64,000 nucleotides of DNA, from positions 8,680,001 through 8,744,000 of the forward strand of contig NC_086384.1 of NCBI RefSeq assembly GCF_036588685.1. Direction: 5' to 3'. This stretch comes from Mytilus trossulus (lineage: Eukaryota). The position numbers were made by a program, and so were the translations under genes. The notes under the pieces were generated by a model. The model did not search any database and was not told the origin of the DNA. It was given only the letters and a program-made list of their open reading frames with translations. Below, piece by piece: positions 44,801-52,914 of the stretch (position 1 is the stretch's first letter; every line of letters starts with the position of its first letter).

Positions 44801-47800
44801 TAAATTTTATATTAACAATTTTACAACACAATTGTGATGTTTTCTTTCTGATTTATTCTGACAATATTGGTTCATAGAGGTAAAGTGAATTTAACTCTAA
44901 ATGAATAGTAGAAGCAGGAACACGTACGTCAGACACTAACACATAAAAGATATCAATATATTAGAAAATATTTGTTGCTTATGGAATTTAACGAGGCCGA
45001 GCATCAGTTGTTGTCATTTAAGAACAAAAAAGAAAACAAATATCCGTCATATACATGTGCATCAGACAAAAATAAGTTTTGATGATACTAGATATTTTAG
45101 AAATTACAGGGACAGTAAAAAAGGACGAGAGAAAACTTTAAAAGTGGTTGTGTTTTCTTTCCAACATTTTTTTAAAGTGTCTAAATAGTAAGCTAAAACA
45201 TCTTTGGTGTTTTATTGAATTGCAAGTCAATCATTCAACCCATTTGATGACCTATTGAACCATAAACAAACTTACGAATAGTCTTTTCAAAGATGCAAGG
45301 CAAGAATTGGTTTGGTTTCACACGAACATAGAGTATTTATTGTTGCCTTTAATTGCGTTTAATTTTTTTTTATCTATTTGGGTAAAGACCTTTTGATAAT
45401 GGTCCGATTTTAATGAAACTCGACATTTTTAACCAGAACTTGGATGTTATCTTCCTTTATTGAATACGTTTTCTCTTCAAGCTTCCCTCTAGAAAGCGTG
45501 AAAGCAATATTTAAAAAAATTAAATTATAAAAAACACAAAATTTTGACTTTATTGTCAAAGTGTGATGTTTGAAGACCAACAATTATTTGTTGAACAATT
45601 GTTTTCTATCAATCTCTATGAATTATTGTAGTATTTTTAAACGCTTTTAATTCTTAGATAAAAAGAAAATATCCACCGTTTAATCAAGTTGTCTCATTGG
45701 CAACCAAACTCAGAATCAATATTGATACACATATGTGCCATCTTTAATGGCCTGACAACAGTATCGTAACTACATTCCTTCTAAATAAGTTTGTTTAAAG
45801 GTTTGATTAGCCTTTAAAGTGAATGCTTACATTTTTGTGTCCCTGTAGAATTCCCCCCCCCCCTCTTTTGTGTTTTGTAAAGAATATTACCATGCCAGTT
45901 TTATATAATAACTTTTCGAAGAATCCAAATGTAGAAATTATAATTAACGAGTAATTGAAGAGCACATTAATTCATAATGAGTGAATTCGCAGGAGTTAGT
46001 AATACATTTAACTTGGTAACATTTTAATGTTTAAATGGTATGTGTGTAGTTATAAACGTTTGTATAGATGACGTACCCATATTGCTTATAATCAATACTT
46101 TCTGTTCTAGATCGTGTTGAATGTCTCGACTACAGACTTGATTGCTTAGATCTGTTAAAAGACGATCCTGGGATGTGTATAGATTTTGAAGAGTTTTCTA
46201 GGGACAATTGTCCATGGACATGTGGCTTCTGTGGAACTGGTAAGATGATTATGAATGATATTCGAAATTAAACTACAAAACTGTAAATCGTTGGAGCCCA
46301 AAATAGATATCATTTTTATATGCATAAAGGATTTCTTTATTAAGTTTTTAAAAAATCAGTAAATCTTGCGCAGTTCCTTTTCAGTAATCAATTTTAAGCG
46401 CTTTGTTTAGAGTTATCGTATTTTCAATATATACTATCATTTTGTCGTTTATCATCTTGCAACATTCAGGAATGTGAAGTGATCAAGTAAAAGAACTGTT
46501 TGGTTTTGGTATTCTCCCCCTCTCTCTCTCTCTCTCTCTCTCTCTCAGAGTTATTACAGGTGATATAGATAGATTAAGAAAATAAATTGTCTTGTTCACT
46601 AAACGAATTGCAAACTTGATGTGGTCTTCGGATTATGTTTTTCCTATATTCGGCAGTAAAACTCTTGCTCAACTGATGTGTTAAGGGGTGTTTATTCAGT
46701 TGTACATGTGCGGGATGTATAATATATAGTCACATCCAGTTTGGTTTTCTATGCGCTTAAGGACCCTGTTGACAAGTTTTCAATGGATTTTCCCCAAGAC
46801 ACTCTCCTTTTCTAATTGCTTTCCACGCAATTGACAAAGGACGTAAATGTAGATAATTTAGCAATATAAAATTGCTTTTATACCTATTAAATGTTTATAT
46901 TTTAGCAACCATTTGTGCAATTCCAACACTGCAACCAAAAACCATTATTAAAGCAGGAAGTGCTTTACGAACTCGTGTGGGAGGAATATTTTCATATATT
47001 TGTGCTGACGGCTATGAGCTAGATAGTGGTAATGATAAAAGAGCTTGTCTCAGAGATGGAAGTTTAACGGGCGATCCACCAGTATGCATAGGTAATTCAT
47101 GTATCTGCCTTTCCTACCAACTGGAAAGATCGCTCATATCAAAAACCAAATATGTAGGCATTTGACAACAATAAACATATAATAAAGGGAGCATGTTCAT
47201 GACTTCAAAGATTTGACATTAGTATAATCAATTGCTGAAATTTTATTTACGTTTATTTAGATCTGTCAATTATCTGGAACACTCACATTTTACTGTTATG
47301 CCAATCAAATGTTTTGCATTTGCAAATCATATTTTTATGCCCACCTACGATAGTAGAGGGGCATTATGTTTTCTGGTATGTGGGTTCGTTCCTCCGTCTG
47401 TTCGTTCGTCCCGCTACAGGTTAAAGTTTTTGGTTTAGGTAGTTTTTAATGAAGTTAAAATCCAATCAACTTGAAACTTAGTACACATGTTCCCCATGAT
47501 ATGATCTTTCTAATTTCAATTCCAAATTAAAGTTTTGACCCCCAATTTCACGGTCCATTGAACATGGAAAATGATAGTGTGAGTGGGGCATCCGTGTACT
47601 ATGGACACATTCTTGTTTTCAAATATTTTTTTCAAATTTTATTTGTGACATGCTGTCCCGCATTTGCCTTTATTTGTCTTATTAAGATCTGTTCAAAGAA
47701 TAAAAGTTAATTATTTATTAATAACTTTGTTTTTGAAATATGGATTTATTGGATATCTGTTTCAAAAGGATGCATTAAAAATATATATATAGCCCTGCAA

Positions 47801-48825
47801 TAGGAGAATGTATGTGTTTAGAATGGTTTTGTGTTTGTTACTTTTTCATTGACATGTTACATCATCTTTACTTCATATCTTAATTATTTTTCAGAGAGCC
47901 ACTTAGTGCAATCAAGAAACAATGATGTGTCTCTTCGCTCACGACGCATGCTCGCCAATGAAAGAAAAATGTATATAGGAAACAACACATTAATGCGTAT
48001 TCATAAATCCGGGAGAGTTGTTGCCTGGACTTTCTATTCAATGGTTGACTGTGAGGTTACCTTCAGTATTTGGAGACCTGTAGATAAAGGACGGTGTGTA
48101 TAGTTAATGATATACTTCTTTAATGTCAGAGTAACGTATCGTGTTATATTGCATGGCATAATATGGGTAATATCACTTAGCGCTCAAGAAAAAAACATAC
48201 CAAAAGAATACTGCTTTTTCGTAGAAACGGTGAGGTCACTTTCTTGGAGAAAACCTTACGGTCTTATTATCACATCAGAATGACTACGGGAAACCATTAT
48301 AAGATATGAACGTAATTAACTGCTAGATATCTATCCCTTAACATTAGGTTTATATGTAAACTAAAAAAAAAGTTATCCAGGAAATTCCGAACTGCAAGTT
48401 AAATTCAATAATTGAAAAGACCATATAGTCTGACACTATCAACGCGTGAATATTTCTAACAATTTGGTATTATCAATTTATTATATTAATCCTTCCAATA
48501 TTCCTTCCTCAGGTTTACTCTAATTGGACGGAATACAATCGACAAAAGTCGACACGATAGGAAGCGAAAAGTTTACATTCCTTTTGCTGAACAAATAAGT
48601 GCACTTAAAGGTGATATAATGGGTGTATTTTTTGCCTACGGAAAAGGATCTTGCATTCCATACGATCTTTGTAATCTTAATATGGACAAATACGGGAATC
48701 AGATGGAATCAATGAACATGAAAGGAAAGGCTGTGGTCTGGAATATAAAAGAGACTTATCAGTTCAAAACTCTAACAGACAGTTCGCGGTGTAAAATTTG
48801 GTCATTCTCAGCTGTTGTTCAATAA
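8767..48825 (+). CDS. Multi-exon (30 coding exons, ~1617 aa) secreted astacin (M12A) metalloprotease with EGF, 2x ApeC, CUB, kringle, 2x ShKT, 2x Sushi, C-type lectin and an unassigned C-terminal domain
   Basis: Manually chained GT-AG exons with matching phases, total 4854 nt (divisible by 3), ending SAVVQ-TAA at 48825; diagnostic motifs of each domain are listed per exon. Exons 1-3 are less certain. Confidence 0.88.
11133..11231 (+). CDS. Exon 2: propeptide NKGDKEDMYRPIAVVIGKMSHSYENFKKMSEMR
   Basis: Pyrimidine tract + tcag acceptor, open 99 nt, donor gtatgt, phase 0-0. Confidence 0.55.
12190..13641. mobile_element. Foldback/MITE-like element with internal ACAAAATTG/ACTTTTGT satellite
   Basis: ~33-bp TIRs CGGGGCGCCGAATGG(A/G)ACTCTTGTGGTTTTGTAC, TA on both flanks; 20-30 bp tandem units in both orientations. 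Confidence 0.9.
14338..14496 (+). CDS. Exon 3: acidic propeptide EEKLEEMKSGFTEQTIEEEEIELEDVEYREKIAEKRGQDPDKIWKSEKLKKFI
   Basis: Within ORF 14332..14529; aag acceptor, donor ATA|gtaggt, phase 0-0 fits the flanking exons; protein-like composition. Confidence 0.55.
15145..15607 (+). CDS. Exon 4: K/E/N-rich propeptide with MNNEEHE repeats, furin site RRKR and start of mature astacin (LAIANVERYWPKAIIPYVW)
   Basis: ttttttag acceptor; RRKR at 15523-15534 followed by the astacin N-terminal W-P-x-x-x-I-P-Y; donor G|gtatgt. Confidence 0.85.
15367..15480 (+). repeat. Coding 21-bp minisatellite (MNNEEHE)x~5.4
   Basis: ATGAATAATGAAGAACATGAA tandem units inside exon 4. Confidence 0.95.
16276..16426 (+). 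CDS. Exon 5: astacin domain (AFRHIEYWTCVRFVEW...LKFIRTGG)
   Basis: TCVRF motif; ctag acceptor, gtttgt donor, phase 1-2. Confidence 0.92.
16825..16891 (+). CDS. Exon 6: astacin domain (GCNSLIGRSPVALNGQKINCCDD)
   Basis: GCxSxIGR...GQ motif; phase 2-0; gtgagt donor. Confidence 0.92.
17139..17567. repeat. Dispersed element with a long internal imperfect palindrome; reverse copy at 1-198
   Basis: gatatttatccactcgagacagtta...taactgtcgagagtggatacatatc hairpin; 1-198 is its reverse complement. Confidence 0.75.
18357..18465 (+). CDS. Exon 7: astacin zinc-binding site RTCVHELGHSIGLFHEQRSPFGRDYVRVSYDNI
   Basis: HExxHxxGxxHE metzincin/astacin signature at 18369-18404; phase 0-1. Confidence 0.96.
18487..18755 (-). 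mobile_element. tRNA-derived SINE
   Basis: Revcomp shows A-box TGGCCGAGTAG, B-box GAGTTCAAAC, conserved GGTTTTCTCGGGGCACTCCGGCTTCCTCC central domain and (AAATC)n tail. Confidence 0.8.
20330..20373 (+). ncRNA. Type I hammerhead ribozyme
   Basis: GCGUCA-CUGAUGA-GUCU(UAUGU)GGAC-GAAA-CGCGC-GUC^UGGCGU. Confidence 0.9.
20684..20727 (+). ncRNA. Type I hammerhead ribozyme
   Basis: Identical to the 20330 copy. Confidence 0.9.
21346..21440 (+). CDS. Exon 8: astacin Met-turn (NFNK...YDLSSLMHYGAF)
   Basis: YDxxSxMHY motif; phase 1-0; gtaagt donor. Confidence 0.96.
22156..22282 (+). CDS. Exon 9: astacin C-terminal part (...FEVINDINNCK)
   Basis: Open frame ending in an INxxxxC equivalent; phase 0-1. 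Confidence 0.8.
23063..23194 (+). CDS. Exon 10: EGF-like domain (CGDFPLQCDNWGYQTVIRDRCQCRCIEGLDPHSGC)
   Basis: 6 Cys with CxNxG...CxCxC..G pattern typical of the post-astacin EGF; phase 1-1. Confidence 0.88.
23864..24130 (+). CDS. Exon 11: ApeC domain 1, part a
   Basis: WPSEGFSLLKPKTGCPIGF...FC...WGPGKYCI...CPSG, the apextrin C-terminal pattern; phase 1-1. Confidence 0.92.
24656..24859 (+). CDS. Exon 12: ApeC domain 1, part b
   Basis: PDGEYD...FCCRSD...LPNKEPFILF...CQAVHG; phase 1-1. Confidence 0.93.
24895..25417 (+). mobile_element. Degenerate retrozyme array (~1.5 units), intron 12
   Basis: Same unit; cores mutated (CUGAUGU/CAAA at 24984-25027; CUGAUAA/GGAA near 25346). Confidence 0.8.
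25975..26405 (+). repeat. Dispersed repeat family C (AAAATCACAAAAATACT...GGAAAGTCCATAATCACATGG)
   Basis: Copies at 29172-29450, 35620-36020 (reverse) and 43395-43590 (reverse). Confidence 0.85.
27035..27284 (-). repeat. Family A copy (reverse)
   Basis: Reverse complement of the start of the 7596 copy. Confidence 0.88.
27825..27965 (+). CDS. Exon 13: ApeC domain 1, part c
   Basis: GM...GGYHP...FFYCYY terminal ApeC motif; phase 1-1. Confidence 0.92.
28321..28596 (+). CDS. Exon 14: ApeC domain 2, part a
   Basis: WPVESFSMLKSQDGCPEGF...FCSK...WQKGSYCI...CPTG; phase 1-1. Confidence 0.92.
28774..29147 (-). mobile_element. Retrozyme monomer (354-bp period) in reverse orientation, intron 14
   Basis: Intact hammerhead on the - strand at 28811-28854; terminal redundancy taaatagttatcaaaggtac at 28774 and 29128. 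Confidence 0.88.
28811..28854 (-). ncRNA. Type I hammerhead ribozyme
   Basis: Reverse complement reads GCGUCA-CUGAUGA-GUCU(CAUGU)AGAC-GAAA-CGCGC-GUC-UGGCGU. Confidence 0.88.
29733..29942 (+). CDS. Exon 15: ApeC domain 2, part b
   Basis: GFEDGYIKFDD...LPNGDF...FCCRDDG...LPTHDSFVLF...CQKV (not the frame shown in the ORF track); phase 1-1. Confidence 0.93.
   Translation, partial: DLKTDTSSLMTYNHPKSLKTSIYLMEILVQMLKSIFVVGMTVLGQILLHFRHMILLFCFVIANSLARRL
30264..30495 (+). repeat. Dispersed repeat family D (AAAGAGGGACGAAAGATACC...)
   Basis: Copies at 32270-32800 (reverse, two), 42545-42770, 53010-53360 (reverse) and 61477-61680. Confidence 0.8.
30600..30727 (+). repeat. Decayed retrozyme fragment (similar relics near 3830-3980, 60700-60745, 63360-63465)
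   Basis: gacgaaacgcgtgtctggcgta...ggtacctttt retained, CUGAUGA lost. Confidence 0.6.
31459..31599 (+). CDS. Exon 16: ApeC domain 2, part c
   Basis: MIDKEEYLTI...GFVP...VHFCHY; 141 nt, same length as exon 13; phase 1-1. Confidence 0.9.
32919..33028 (+). CDS. Exon 17: CUB domain a (CGG...TPNFPGPY...CNFIFK)
   Basis: CUB consensus CGG / (S,T)PNFP-xx-Y / C; phase 1-0. Confidence 0.93.
33369..33490 (+). CDS. Exon 18: CUB domain b (GPEDSKLIMNFHTFNVE...C)
   Basis: LxFxxFxVE...C CUB pattern; phase 0-2. Confidence 0.9.
34422..34546 (+). CDS. Exon 19: CUB domain c (YCG...VTFTS...SGFNAT)
   Basis: YCG / VxFxS / GFxA motifs; phase 2-1. Confidence 0.93.
36264..36390 (+). CDS. Exon 20: kringle domain a (CYNGNGTTYNGNVNVT...CLHW)
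   Basis: CYxGNGxxYxG...TxxxxxCxxW; phase 1-2. Confidence 0.94.
36978..37096 (+). CDS. Exon 21: kringle domain b (ENFCR...PWCYT...DYCDVC)
   Basis: NFCR and PWCYT kringle motifs; phase 2-1. Confidence 0.94.
37755..37889 (+). CDS. Exon 22: ShKT domain 1
   Basis: CYDIFDDC...FC...CRKSCKLC; phase 1-1. Confidence 0.92.
38419..38598 (+). CDS. Exon 23: Sushi/CCP domain 1
   Basis: CSSP...YAVGETVLFMC...CLADGTWSG...C; phase 1-1. Confidence 0.92.
39925..40081 (+). CDS. Exon 24: C-type lectin-like domain a
   Basis: CPPGW...CY...C...ENDFL; phase 1-2. Confidence 0.93.
41527..41630 (+). CDS. Exon 25: C-type lectin-like domain b
   Basis: FWLGI...YIWKEDGS..TWTNW; phase 2-1. Confidence 0.93.
41904..42250. 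mobile_element. MITE with internal palindromic (TCTCGTAATTACGAGA) repeats
   Basis: TIR CGAAAGCCTATTA / TAATAGGCTTTTG, TA flanks. Confidence 0.8.
42377..42484 (+). CDS. Exon 26: C-type lectin-like domain c
   Basis: CA...GKWNRWGC...IICK; phase 1-1. Confidence 0.92.
46111..46239 (+). CDS. Exon 27: ShKT domain 2
   Basis: CLDYRLDC...MC...CPWTCGFC; phase 1-1. Confidence 0.92.
46521..46546. repeat. (TC)13 microsatellite
   Basis: Direct reading. Confidence 0.95.
46906..47091 (+). CDS. Exon 28: Sushi/CCP domain 2
   Basis: CAIP...VGGIFSYICADGYEL...RACLRDGSLTGDPPVC; phase 1-1. Confidence 0.92.
47332..47619 (+). mobile_element. Helentron-associated non-autonomous element (HINE/DINE-like)
   Basis: T-run start, ATGCCC/GGGCAT subterminal inverted repeats, GTTC/GTCC-like microsatellite, 3' hairpin GTGTAC..GGACAC, T-run end. 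Confidence 0.7.
47895..48093 (+). CDS. Exon 29: RSRR site and first half of the unassigned C-terminal domain
   Basis: Open frame ...SLRSRRML...GRVVAWTFY...FSIWRPV; tcag acceptor; phase 1-2. Confidence 0.85.
48513..48825 (+). CDS. Exon 30 (terminal): C-terminal domain, FTLIGRN...EQISALKGDIMGV...WSFSAVVQ*
   Basis: Strong polypyrimidine acceptor; the phase 2 join keeps frame into ORF 48619..48825. Confidence 0.87.
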
Positions 48826-49187
48826 ATATGCTTTGGGATGACATGTGTGAATAGAGTCAATATGGGGAATATTTCAATTGAACAGTAAAAAAAACAATGG
48901 GAATTCATGTTAAGGTCTACAATTGCATGTTTACAGTGTTAAAAAAATTGTTGCTGTTTCCAATTTTTATACTCTAGAGTATAAAGTAGTTGTAAATTTA
49001 CAAGTCCTGCAAAAACCAACCATTTTTTAGTCAATTCTCTACAGAACAAGAGAGACACTTAATCATAACGAACGATAATCAGCAAAAGGTTCCTGATAAG
49101 GGTTCTTACACAATATTTTACTTTCTAATATTCGTTTCTGGCGGTTCCTGAAAAAGGTAAATCCAGATAAACCCATATAACGCATGA

Positions 49188-49197
49188 AATAAATAAA
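49188..49197 (+). promoter_or_regulatory. Candidate polyadenylation signal (overlapping AATAAA x2)
   Basis: AATAAATAAA ~365 nt after the stop, followed by GT/T-rich sequence; AATAAA is frequent in AT-rich DNA. Confidence 0.35.
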
Positions 49198-49444
49198 GTG
49201 TTATCTTCAATATTTTTGAAAAAGTCTATTTGAAAAAAACTTATTTGACTTAGTTTTTGTATTTTAAAATTTTGGTTGCTTGATTTAAAAAAAACATGCT
49301 ACAACAGCTACATAGAAAAACAGACAATTAATGATTTGTCTCTTTTATGCAATGGTCTACACTCTTTAGTGCATCAATATCACGATGGTTACATCTACTA
49401 TTTGATACTAAGACTAATAAATATTGGGTGAAGGTTTATAATAC

Positions 49445-49757
49445 CCGAGGGTATCACCAGCCCAGTAGTCAGCACTTCGGTGTTGACATGAATATCAATT
49501 ATATGGTCATTTTTATAAATTTTCTGTTTACAAAACTTTGAATTTTTCGAAAATCTAAGGATTTTCTTACGCCCAGGAGTAGATTACCTTAGCCGTATTT
49601 GGCACAACTTTTTTGAATTTTGGGTCCTCAATGCTCTTCAACTTTGTATTTGTTTGGCTTTTTAATTGTTTTGATATGAGTGTCACTGATGAGTCTTGTG
49701 TAGACGAAACGCGCGTCTGGCGTATTAAATTATAATTCTGGTACTTTTGATAACTAT
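49445..49757 (+). mobile_element. Partial retrozyme monomer with intact hammerhead (49680-49723)
   Basis: GUGUCA-CUGAUGA-GUCU(UGUGU)AGAC-GAAA-CGCGC-GUC-UGGCGU. Confidence 0.87.
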
Positions 49758-50206
49758 TATAATACAGCGATCAAAACAATAAAAGACATGTTTAATATAA
49801 AAAAAAGAAGATGTGGTCTGATTTCCAATTAGACAACTCTCCACAAGAGAACAAATGGCCTAGAAATTACTATACAGCTTCAATAAAACGAAAAGCCCAT
49901 AAAGCATAGAAAGCCAATTTATATCTTTAAAAATGTCTGTGCAAAAAAGATACAGAGGTGTAAATTGCACCGAGTCCGGAAAAATGAAAAGATTTATCAT
50001 AAAATATCAAAGATACCCTGAATGAAAACAAACATATTATATATAACGTGTGGTACACACCGATGAGGATTACGACTTCGCACGTGCTCGAATGAACTGA
50101 TATATGAGTCAAATTAATTTTCTTTACGGTTGAACCCGCTACCTTTAATCTCAATGTTTTGGAATAAGAAAAACGTACAGTATGTTTATACGAGCAAACT
50201 TCGTTG

Positions 50207-50404
50207 CGGGAGGATAGAAGGGGTCCTGGTCCCAAAATCAAGAGCTTAAAAACACGAAATCCCGAAATCCCCGGCTTAAACAAAAGAGAATCCTGGGGTT
50301 CCGAAATTCGAACAAAGAAATTCCCGGATCCCGAAAGGGTCAATCCCGAAATCCCGAGCTTGAAAACACCCGATCCCGGAATCCCGATAAAGGTCCAATC
50401 TCCC
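50207..50404. repeat. Short GC-rich element with ATCCCG sub-repeats; second decayed copy ~60140-60290
   Basis: Repeated atcccgaaatcccg / gagcttaaaaaca; imperfect inverted ends. Confidence 0.7.
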
Positions 50405-51462
50405 ATCTTCGTTATACCGGGTAGAGTAAAGTTATACTTTTTTTTTCACTTTTTATTGACCATGACACATTATAAAAAGATTATGTCACCTTCAGTACTT
50501 GACTGGTGTATATATGTGTCAGTGGTTAGGAACATCACCAATGCGAAATTAAAGATTTAATTCACACCTAGAATTCGTGCGATATTCAGTGCAATTCTCA
50601 TTACAATCAAACTACTTTTGTTTGCCTTATACTAGTTTTGATGGAGATTTTCACGTATATAAATGGGATTATTTAGTTTTAAACAAAATACTCCAAAATG
50701 ATCAAATATAGGACAACATTAAAAAAATCATGTTTATATGGGATTACCATTTTATACTGCATATTTATTTCTTAAAATTTTAAAATATATTCTAATCTCT
50801 TAATAAGATCATGTAAGGGAAGTTAACCATTTGCAACATTTACTACATGTATTTCCAATATTAACACCTTCTTACGTTTCTTTTACGACCTAGATATTGA
50901 ATACTTCAAATTTGCAAGATTTATGTCTATCAATAAAAAAAAAACACTCGCATCACAGAAGTTCAGAAATTGGCATCAAAATAGTTAAATCTGAACACAA
51001 AAATGCTTCTTCTTGAAAAAAAACTATATTGTATGAATTATTCATCCCAAACAAAAAAACATGTAGAAGCATTACAGCTGTTTTTTCGTCATCTTGACTT
51101 AATTTCCTTTAAATTAGAAATAAAATACATCTGTTAAAGTAAAATAACAAAAATATCAGACTCCGAGGAAAGTAAAAATGAAACGTCATTATCAAATTTC
51201 AAAATCAAATCTCAAAAACAACAAACGAATGGAAAATAACTATTATATGCTTGACATAGTACAGGCATTTCCTTATGCAGGACATTGTTGATTGAACCTG
51301 ATTGGATAAATAGATAGAACTCGCACTAGACAACAATAAGAGAGCAACACAAACAGACATAATTGTTAAAAATTTCAGAATTTAAGGTATGTCAATCCAT
51401 GTTTGGATTGTTGATGGAAAGACCATCATTAATATTTCTGAATATGAAATTAAGTGAAAGAT

Positions 51463-52000
51463 AAATGTAACAGTAGTATACCGCTGTTCAATCTCATAAA
51501 TCCATTGACAAAAAACAACATCGGTGTTACCGACTAAAACCGAGGGAAACGCAATAAATATAAGAGGAGAACAACGACACAACACTAAGATGTAACACAC
51601 ACAGAAACAGATCAAGCATCAGACAAAATCCCACAACAATAACAAATATAACATCAAAACCAAATACATGAATTTGGAAAAGACAAGTACCGTGACACGT
51701 CTTATCGCAATGTGAATTTACACTAAAAATAAGAGAAAACAAACGACGCATCGTTAAAATGTAACACACACAGAAACGAACAATAATATAACAATGGTCA
51801 TATTCCTGACTTGGAACAGGACAATTTTAAAAGGAAAAAATGGTGGGTTGAACCTGGTTTTGTGGCATGCCAAACCGCGCACGTTAATGGCAATGTTAAA
51901 TATAACATCGAAATGACAACATAATATTACAGGACTACAATACAAATAAATAGGAGAACGTAACATTGAAATGACAACATTATATTACAGGACTACAATA
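51463..52000 (+). repeat. Dispersed repeat family E (CAGTAGTATACCGCTGTTC...)
   Basis: Related pieces at 35110-35295, 30730-31066 (reverse), 18793-18970 and 19400-19600 (reverse). Confidence 0.75.
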
Positions 52001-52327
52001 TGGTTTCCTTAATCTTTTATGTTTGACTAGTGTTTCCAGGAATTGAGACTCATACCAAAACAAAAGATCTACCTCCAAATTCAACAAATATGTCATTAAT
52101 AAGAAATTTCAGCGTACTGATCAATAGTTCCTCTTTGAAGCATGTACATGTTTTGTTCACTTTTATCAAAGTTTGTCTTACGGTATCAGAAAGTAATAAA
52201 CTTATATCGTGTACTACCATTTCTATATTGAAAAGCATTGTGGACTGGATTTTTTTCAGACGATTTTTCAATTTCACAAGAGTAATGGTTGGATATAGGG
52301 TTGAAAAGTCAAAAGTTTGATGCAACA

Positions 52328-52914
52328 AAGGAGTAGGTCCGGTAAGGACCAGTTTTGGCCTCAAATTTCAGGTTCATCTGAGGATAGATTTTGACCACTT
52401 TTTAAACAATTAAGTTTCTATTTTATTAGAATCAATTAGTTTATGTGAAAAATTTTAACTGATTTAGTCATCAAAAACGATCCGATTCAAGCATAAATAT
52501 GAAAATTCTACCAAACATCCCGAAAAATGTCACTTTTCAGATGGTTTTTGTCAAAAATGAAAGTGGCCGCATCCGTGTTCATCCGCAACCTTTATATAGG
52601 TTATATATTTTCATAAAATACAACTTCCATTTTAATATTAAGGATGAACACGAATGCGACCACTTTTTTTTTGCACGAAAACCGTCTAAAATTTAACTCA
52701 AATGCTGGAATTGTGAATATTTCAGTAATTTAGCCTGACTTGATTGTGCTAGTACCCGATATATGGGCATTGTATTGTCAAAAACGGCCTATATTTATGT
52801 AGCAGAAGCATTCTACTGTCCTATAAATAACTACTAGTAAAAGTTTATATTTTAGAAATTTGTAAAACTGCTATATTTTGAGGCCAAAAAGGGGTCTTAC
52901 TGGACCTACTCCTT
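52328..52914. mobile_element. MITE with ~40-bp TIRs (AAGGAGTAGGTCC...), possibly Kolobok-type
   Basis: aaggagtaggtccggtaaggaccagttttggcctcaaa vs tttgaggccaaaaaggggtcttactggacctactcctt. Confidence 0.8.

Noticed and set aside
49927-50560. Overlapping 159-aa and 118-aa ORFs with NPEIP repeats
   Set aside because: Derived from a dispersed ATCCCG-repeat element that recurs at ~60140; no splice or domain support.
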